Shown piece after piece: positions 25,882-32,828 of a DNA stretch of 32,828 nt. The notes below the pieces were generated by a model. That model saw nothing but the letters and a program-made list of their open reading frames with translations. It searched no databases and was not told the DNA's origin. The stretch is from positions 495,963-528,790 of the forward strand of contig NW_014577085.1 in assembly GCF_000485595.1 (NCBI RefSeq), in the 5' to 3' direction. The DNA is from Priapulus caudatus (taxonomy: Eukaryota). Made by a program: the position numbers and the translations under genes. Position 1 is the stretch's first letter; every line of letters starts with the position of its first letter.

Positions 25882-26830
25882 TCATGATGTGAACATAGTG
25901 GGGTGCATGATGTGAACATAGTGGGGGGCATGATGTGAACATAGTGGGTGGCATGATGTGGAACATAGTTGGGTAGCGCATTGAGTGAACATAGTGGGGT
26001 GCATGATGTGAACATAGTGGGGGTGCATTGATGTGAACATAGTGGGGTGCATGATGTGTAACATATGGGGGCGCATGCTGTGAACAAGTTGGCGCTAATG
26101 ATGTGAACCATAGTGGGGTGCCTTGTGTGAACATAGTGGGCGGCATGATGTGCTCATGGGGTGCATTGAGTGACATAGTGGGTCGCGCAGTGATGTGAAT
26201 CATAGTGAGGTGGGCATGATTGAACATGATTGGGGCGATATGTTGAACATAGTGGGTGCGCATGAGTAACATAGTGGCGCAATTGTGTGAACATAGTGTG
26301 GTCATGATGAGAAATAGTGGGGTGCATGATGTAAACCTAGGGTGCATGATGTGAACATAGTGGGGCGCTATGATGTGAACATAGTGGGCGTGCATATGAG
26401 AAACATAGTGGGGCGCATGATGAGACATAGTTGGGGTGCATGAATGTAAACTAGGGGGTGCATGATGTGAACATAGTGGGTGCCATGATGTGAAGCATAG
26501 TGGGGCGCTGATGTGACACATAGTGGGTCGCATGAGGAACAGTGGCGCATTGGTGTGATACATAGTGGGGTGCATGATGAGTAACATAGTGGGTGGCAAT
26601 GATGTAAAACATAGTGGGTGCATGATGTGAACATAGTGGTCGCAAATGCAATGTGAACATAGTGGGGCTGCATTGATGAGAACATAAGTGGGCGCTGATG
26701 TGAAATAGTGGGGGCGCATGAATGTGAACATAGTGGGGTCATGATGTGAACATAGTGGGGCGCATGATGTAAACATAGTGGGGCGCATGATGTGAACATA
26801 GTCGGGCGCATGATGTAAATATGGTTGGGC
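25882..26830. repeat. 23-bp minisatellite, right block (roughly 40 units estimated from length)
   Basis: Same consensus and orientation as the left block. Confidence 0.95.
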
Positions 26831-27985
26831 ATAAGATGTGTGATGTGTTTTTTATCACAATTACAAGTTTTCTTGATTTACAATTACTGATCTACAATTT
26901 GCAACATCTTCACACGTTATATTATGTAAACACTCGGCCATTAAGTGTCTTTTGTTGCATTATCGTCTTACTTATAATTTTTGTACAATATTAACGTATA
27001 TCATGGTTACGATTTTTTTTTATAGGTGTATTAGGCGAATAGGTGTGATATTGCATATAAATAGATGTGTTCCATACATAGTAAATGCTATTGTTTACTC
27101 CGTGAAACCGTCAGTTGCTGAAATTCTTTTATTGGTAGATATGATAAATATTGTTCTCTGGTGCATTCCAGCTGCATTGTTATTGCAGCGACATGGACGA
27201 CCATATTAAGGGCAGGTAGCCATAGCTGGTTCGTAATGTTGTGTCATCATATAGAACAGCTTCGTATGCTTGGGATGTTAGAGCAATAAACTATGCTCTC
27301 CGCTGCTTAGTATTTAGCATAGCATTCAGCGAGCCAAATAAAGGCATACGGACAACGTTATTGTAGTGGGAATTTGGTATGTCATATATATGCCGCATAT
27401 ATGTCGCATTCTCGTGTTTAATTGGTTGATCTAAATATTATTGGGTTCGACTTTACGTCGCAGAATTATCAATTGATATAGGTGCAATTCGCTTTTTTAT
27501 CGTTTGAATTTCTTTATTTAATTTATTTCATATATTCTTGGAAATGCCATTGTGTGCACGAGTGTGCCGTTCTACTATACAAAGCATAAGTTTTACGAGT
27601 TTTTGATGGTGGTATGAAATGTCAGTTAAGTGAGTTTAAAGTGCAACTACCGTGAATGCTCGTTGCCAGCCGTTGTCCGAGTGACACCGGCGTTCATGTG
27701 TTTTATTAGCTGCGCGGTTATGGCCGAGTCTATAACAGTCGTATAGATGTGTTCATAAAATCATGTTCCGAGAAACACCAAGCCTCCCGGTTTCTGGTAC
27801 AAGTTCATGCCGCTGAGTCGCACGTATACTTTACGATAGTGCGTTACGTAGGCCTACTGGTATACGTTAGTAGGTGAATGTAAAATGTTGGTAGAATCTG
27901 CGCGGAGATAGACGTCTACCGCCTCAATACACGAACACACGACGTGTCTAACTTTCTTTACTCCTAACGACGATGGCTCCATCGC

Positions 27986-28095
27986 TGATCGTCGCGTGAC
28001 GCTGTGATCGTCGCGTGACGTAGTGATCGTCGCGTGACGCTGTGATCGTCGCGTGACGTAGTGATCGTCGCGTGACGCTGTGATCGTCGCGTGAC
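27986..28095. repeat. CpG-rich 19-bp minisatellite TGATCGTCGCGTGACG(CTG/TAG), about 5.8 copies
   Basis: Unit starts at 27986, 28005, 28024, 28043, 28062 and 28081. Confidence 0.95.
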
Positions 28096-29124
28096 ACAAG
28101 AAAACGACACTCGACATGGATTTCGGAAATTACTTTAAAAAGTTTTATTCACTTTTTTGTCTGTTTTCTTTTTCTGATATAACAATTTAATCACCAGTTG
28201 GTAGTTGGATTGATATATTGATGGTTAGATTCGACCACTGATTCATAACTATAGAGGTGCCAGATAAGATATACACCACTATACACCACTGATTGTTTGT
28301 TCAACTGTTGGTCAGGCAAAATTGTTGGTGGTTTGCAAACGCCAATTTTAATCATGTTTGCATCTTTTATATCCCCCTTCAAAGAGCGTACGTGTGAATG
28401 CATGCGCTCTATGCATGCATGTGTGAACATACTAGTATATGCTTTCCTGTACACAGCGTCGTCCTCTACATTCGCTATTGAGAGTCTCTAGGCAAACCAG
28501 GAAGCGACTAGATATATCATATACAAGCAGCTGCTGACCAGCAAATAAACACACTAGAGTCAGTCATTAGTGACCTAAAGACATTGACGCGTCTTTTAGT
28601 AACCTACATAGAGGCGCGGCCGGTTGTAGCACTTGACCTAAATTTAAAACGTATGGAATTCAAACTGCTTCGGGATTTTAAATATATGAACTGCATGTTA
28701 TAAAATTTAACGAACACTGGTTTATAGCTTGAACTGATGGTTGCGTAGGTTTTTGGAGTATTATTAAATTTTTAGCGTTTATCTCTATATATACCAAAAA
28801 TGTGAGATATACATTGTTAATGTTAATGTAGGGGTTAGGTGTTGCTTTTCCATAACCCAATGAATAAATATTAAAGTGTTCATATTTATTCGGGTACATA
28901 TAGGCAGGTAGGTGATCATTGGTGATACAAGGGCACTGTGTGGGACGCATCAGTTGCTGAGTTTTGTCTCAATCACTACTGCTACTTATATCAGACCGTA
29001 TTATTTAGAAGCGCCTGCCAACTAGTTTTCATGGAGAATCATTGATATCCTATCGATATTTTCATGACGAGTTAATTCTGTCGGTGGAGTCATCAGAAAA
29101 TCAGCTGTGTACAATTTTTATCAG

Positions 29125-29234
29125 AATGCAGGTAGTAGCTACTCGACCAGCATCTCTTACCTGGAGATTTATAATGAGAATGGGTATGACCTGCTCGACC
29201 CCAAACATGAAGTGTCCAAGCTGGAGGATTTGCC
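29125..29234 (+). CDS. KIF6: Kinesin-9 KIF6-like internal exon A (NAGSSYSTSISYLEIYNENGYDLLDPKHEVSKLEDLP)
   Basis: TTTTTATCAG acceptor and GTAAGC donor; kinesin SYLEIYNE..DLL motif; 110 nt. Confidence 0.92.
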
Positions 29235-29523
29235 GTAAGCGTAATCATTTTATTGTCGGGTAATAAAGATATTGTGATGCTCGACGCACACCTTAAATGG
29301 ACCTTTTATTATCGCAGGCGCCTTCGTGGCTGTGTCTGTTCGTGTTCTGCGTATAGCTAACTTTTACATCTTTAATCATGCTAATTAGGTCGTATCATGA
29401 ACCTATGTATGGTACAGCGAGTATCACAGTCAACACATACAACAATTACAAGACAATGTATAACAAATGTTTTCACACTCGCTACAATGTTATCTTGTCA
29501 ATATACACAGGAGAGTTATACTA

Positions 29524-29963
29524 ATGGTAGGGGCACACGAGCGATTTTTATCGCCCGATCGCCGCGAATTTTGAAATCGCTCGAAGAAATCGCCCGTGTG
29601 CCCGTTCACGTCGACGCCGATTTTAATCGGCCGACCGAATCGCCCGTATCCAAAATGTTAGATATTTTCGGGCGATTATTTACGCCGGGCGATTATTATC
29701 GCTCGTGTGCCCGTGACCGGCGTATTTTGTCGCCCGATCGATTTTTCTAAACCAATCGGACGTGTTGTTGATATCATGTGATGTTAAATGTTCTGTCGAG
29801 TGGCGTAATCGAGCGCTCTCAAATTCGCTACGTCACGTGTGCCCCTTCGTGATCGGGCGATAAAAATCGCTACGTGTGCCCCTTCGTGATCGGGCGATTA
29901 AATTCGCTGGCAATTTTAATCGCCGCGATCGGGCGATAAAAATCGCTCGTGTGCCCCTAGCAT
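29524..29963. mobile_element. Intronic MITE of about 440 bp with long TIRs
   Basis: 41-bp inverted repeat with one mismatch (29522-29562 vs 29925-29965, including the flanking TA dinucleotides). Internal tandem copies of CGTGTGCCCCTTCGTGATCGGGCGAT. CpG-rich within an AT-rich intron. Confidence 0.85.
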
Positions 29964-30238
29964 TATGTTAAAATTCTTTGCAGTGTTTATTGATTTAGTC
30001 TGTGCCGTGTTATACCCATGACAGTTGCAATCACGTATGGCACTGTAATTTTGACTAACATTTATGTACTGCCAACACAAAGTTACACGCAAATAACACG
30101 CAGAATGTAAATTAATTATCCACCGATGCTATTATATCTACCCACAGGTTAGACTAGTATGTTATGCTTGTGTATAGCTCTGCATGTGTATTCCTCATCA
30201 ATGCCATGTTGTCCTTACACAACATGTCGCGTTCACAG

Positions 30239-30368
30239 AAGAGTTACACTTATGGAAGATTCATCCCAAAACATCCATCTTCGCAACTTGTCTATGCATC
30301 CTGCAAGCAGCGAAGAGGAGGCACTCAATCTTCTATTCCTTGGGGATACGAACCGCATGATAGCCGAG
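30239..30368 (+). CDS. KIF6: KIF6-like exon B (RVTLMEDSSQNIHLRNLSMHPASSEEEALNLLFLGDTNRMIAE)
   Basis: TTCACAG acceptor and GT donor; 130 nt; phase-compatible with exon A. LFLGDTNRMIAE is characteristic of KIF6 rather than KIF9. Confidence 0.93.
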
Positions 30369-30715
30369 GTGACATATGGGCTGTTTCAAATGCACAAATT
30401 ATAAATGCCTCTCAGCTAACATAAAAATCGAGCATTTTGAAACTTGTGCTTATTTCATGACTTGTGATACAGATGTAGAATGAATTAATACTCTTCTAAG
30501 TTCTTGTCTATAAGATTGGTAGTACAGTGAATGTCTATTTTAACATCTGTTTCGGATGTATATTATAGGAATTCCTAATGTGTAGTAATAAAGTCAGTGG
30601 CTGGCTAAGCCTGCACGAAGTTCATGTTCCTATACACAATTTATGTGATTCTCGAACTATTTTCATTCGTTTTATATTCTCAATGACCCAGATGTGATGT
30701 TTTTATTTTGTCCAG

Positions 30716-30834
30716 ACGCCCATGAATCAAGCATCCACTCGGTCTCATTGCATTTTCACCGTCCACATCACAGCGCGGCAAAACGGTTCAGCCACGCTGC
30801 GCAAAGCAAAGCTCAACCTGGTGGATTTAGCTGG
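30716..30834 (+). CDS. KIF6: KIF6-like exon C (TPMNQASTRSHCIFTVHITARQNGSATLRKAKLNLVDLAG), switch I and start of switch II
   Basis: TTTTGTCCAG acceptor and GTAATA donor; NxxSxRSH and LVDLAG motifs; 119 nt. Confidence 0.95.
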
Positions 30835-31005
30835 GTAATATTTGGCATAGGCAGTTGCATTATATGATGGAATTACAAGAGTGTTTTGCAGGTAGGATAT
30901 GCAATCTGCGCAATCTCTTTGCTAGTCGATTATGTTACGAATAAGTATATTTGTTTCGTGCAATATATTGATATTGGTATTTACAGTTTCCTGCTATTGG
31001 TTCAG

Positions 31006-31093
31006 GTCAGAGAGAGTGTACAAGAGCAATGTGGTTGGGCAGCTGTTGACTGAAGCCAAATACATCAACCTTTCTCTGCATTATCTTGAGCAA
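31006..31093 (+). CDS. KIF6: KIF6-like exon D (SERVYKSNVVGQLLTEAKYINLSLHYLEQ)
   Basis: TTCAG acceptor and GTAAAT donor; completes DLAG/SER; contains EAKYINLSL; 88 nt. Confidence 0.95.
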
Positions 31094-31524
31094 GTAAATG
31101 TGTAGTCCTCATAATTGATTACTGCTTGTCATTGCACATAGAGTAATAATATGCATGTAAGACACACGCACACGCACGCACACACGCACACACATTATGA
31201 CATATGCTAATATTTTCAGGATCTGTGGTATTTGTAATACTCAGCAGTAATCACCTGTCGAACAATCAGCAGATAATATCTGGTCTGTTTTAGGAGCATT
31301 CTTTTGTAGAATCTATATATCTAGCATGTAAAGTTATTGTCATTTATTTTCTCTACTGTTGTTTCGCATTCCATGTGTCTGATTGTAGAAATAGTATACG
31401 TGTTGAATATACATAACCTAGTTATAATAGGTTAAATTGATCTTGGTGTCCTTGTAAACAAGCACTCTACAGATAGAAATTGGATCACAAATTGTGAGCA
31501 GTGTTATTCGGTTTCATGTTGCAG

Positions 31525-31668
31525 GTCATCATTGCCCTGTCTGAGAGATCACGCTCTCATGTTCCCTATAGAAACTCCATGATGACATCTATGCTGAGAG
31601 ATAGCCTTGGTGGCAACTGCATGACAACTATGTTAGCTAACCTTGCCTGTGACACCAGGAATCTTGAG
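31525..31668 (+). CDS. KIF6: KIF6-like exon E ([48 protein letters not shown])
   Basis: TTGCAG acceptor and GT donor; HVPYRNS and LRDSLGGN motifs; 144 nt. Confidence 0.95.
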
Positions 31669-31953
31669 GTGCGATCGCACTAGTAGCAGGTTTATACGGC
31701 AAAAATAAATTAGTGCGCAGAGTTAATATTTAAGGGGCATCGAAGTGCACCAATGATAATATCAGGAATACATGATAAATAACCATGTATTTATTGTATA
31801 TTTGTGATACATGTCTTGCGTAGAAATGTATTATAATCTTATGTAGGGAACAAGTTGTATAGAAGTTTGTGTAGATGTTGATATATATTATCAGTGATAT
31901 CAACACTCACAGGATGAGAGTAATGAAATCATGTTCCTGTTATTAATTTTTAG

Positions 31954-32144
31954 GAGACGATTTCCACGTGCAGGTTCTCACAGAGAGTGGCCATGATAAA
32001 AAATGAAGTCGTATTAAATGAAGAACTGGACCCACTCCTTCTCATCTCCCAACTGAAGAAAGAAAACCAACTGTTGAAGGATGAGCTAACACTAGTCAAT
32101 GGTGCTGAATGGCTGCAGGAACTAAATGAGGATGAGAAGTTGAG
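31954..32144 (+). CDS. KIF6: KIF6-like exon F (ETISTCRFSQRVAMIKNEVVLNEELDPLLLISQLKKENQLLKDELTLVNGAEWLQELNEDEKL), motor end plus neck coiled coil; the gene continues beyond the window
   Basis: TTTTTAG acceptor and GTACGA donor; ETISTCRF.QR motif; 191 nt. Confidence 0.92.
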
Positions 32145-32186
32145 GTACGAGGCCTGGGCTCTTCTTCTCTTCTTCTCTTGCAGCCA

Positions 32187-32724
32187 TTTTTAGCTCACCT
32201 TGACATCGTCAAGATGAGCTATTGCCATGGGGCGTCGTCTCGTCGTCCGTCAACATTTGGCTATGGTCAACGATAACTTGAGAACCGTTTGACCCACATG
32301 TTTCGTATTGCATACAGTTGTTACTCCTATGGGAGAGATGTGAACGTCCTATTTTGGAGCACGCCAGTTGACCTACTTTCGAGCCACGCCCACTTTTTGG
32401 CAAAAATGGAAACGGCCATAAGTCAGTTCAGGTTCAATGGATTTTGCTCATTTTTTGGTACGTGAATGAATAAGGACTGGCCCCAATACATATCACACCG
32501 GTTTTTTTTTAATTATGCAAATTAGGTAGATTTTTGGCAATTTCACTATGCATTTCAGTGTCTGCCTACGGTCAACGATAACTCAAGAACCGTTTGACCC
32601 ACATGTTTCAAATTGCATACAGTTGTTACTCCTATGGGAGAGATCTGCACGTCCTATTTTGGAGCACGCCAGTCGACCTACTTTCGAGCCACGCCCACTT
32701 TTTGGCAAAAATGAAAATGGCCAT
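32187..32724 (+). mobile_element. 5' part of a Helentron-associated interspersed element (HINE/DINE-1-like) with internal repeats
   Basis: T-run, then hairpin AGCTCACCTTGAC-ATC-GTCAAGATGAGCT (32192-32220), a short GTC/GTCC microsatellite, and two near-identical ~159-bp units (32261-32419, 32566-32724) 305 bp apart. Confidence 0.7.
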
Positions 32725-32750
32725 CTAGATTCATTCGATTTTGTTAAATT

Positions 32751-32809
32751 TACCTACCTACCTACCTACCTACCTACCTACCTACCTACCTACCTACCTA
32801 CCTACCTAC
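32751..32809. repeat. (CCTA)n microsatellite
   Basis: Seen directly. Confidence 0.95.
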
Positions 32810-32828
32810 TAGGGGTGCAACGAATCAG

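Noticed and set aside
22915..26830. CRISPR-like array
   Set aside because: The units are contiguous with no unique spacers, there are no cas genes, and the context is an intron-containing eukaryotic genome.
22781..26832. Long His/Cys/Met/Pro-rich ORFs (up to 507 aa) on the minus strand
   Set aside because: They are translations of the 23-bp minisatellite. Its minus strand lacks stop codons, several frames are open at once, and the unit length is not a multiple of 3.
29125..32144. Assignment as KIF9
   Set aside because: LFLGDTNRMIAETPMNQASTRSHCIFT and [12 protein letters not shown] match the KIF6 subfamily as I know it; a phylogenetic tree would be decisive.

Overview
This is AT-rich, repeat-dense animal genomic DNA: it has GT-AG introns, abundant CpG, many microsatellites and one 10-N gap at 8148-8157. 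An invertebrate source is inferred and the species cannot be determined. The only confidently identifiable gene is a Kinesin-9 family member, KIF6-like. Six + strand exons (29125-32144) splice in frame to about 260 aa covering the C-terminal part of the motor domain and the neck. I could not find its N-terminal/P-loop exons anywhere upstream in the window. A probable first coding exon of an unidentified - strand gene lies at 481-739. The ~28 kb between them appears non-coding and holds many small non-autonomous transposon-like elements. These include two 37-40 bp TIR-only elements with 7-8 bp target-site duplications, CAGGGG-ended MITEs with 5-bp TSDs, a TIR element with an internal (TTAGGG)n tract, fold-back elements and Helentron/HINE-like pieces. 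It also holds a ~3.9 kb 23-bp minisatellite interrupted by a MITE and a head-to-head (CA)n/(TG)n tract. Almost all long ORFs in the supplied track are translations of repeats. I see no CRISPR array or prokaryote-type system. The best leads are the micro-transposons, the missing KIF6 5' exons (nested gene or misassembly) and the orphan exon.
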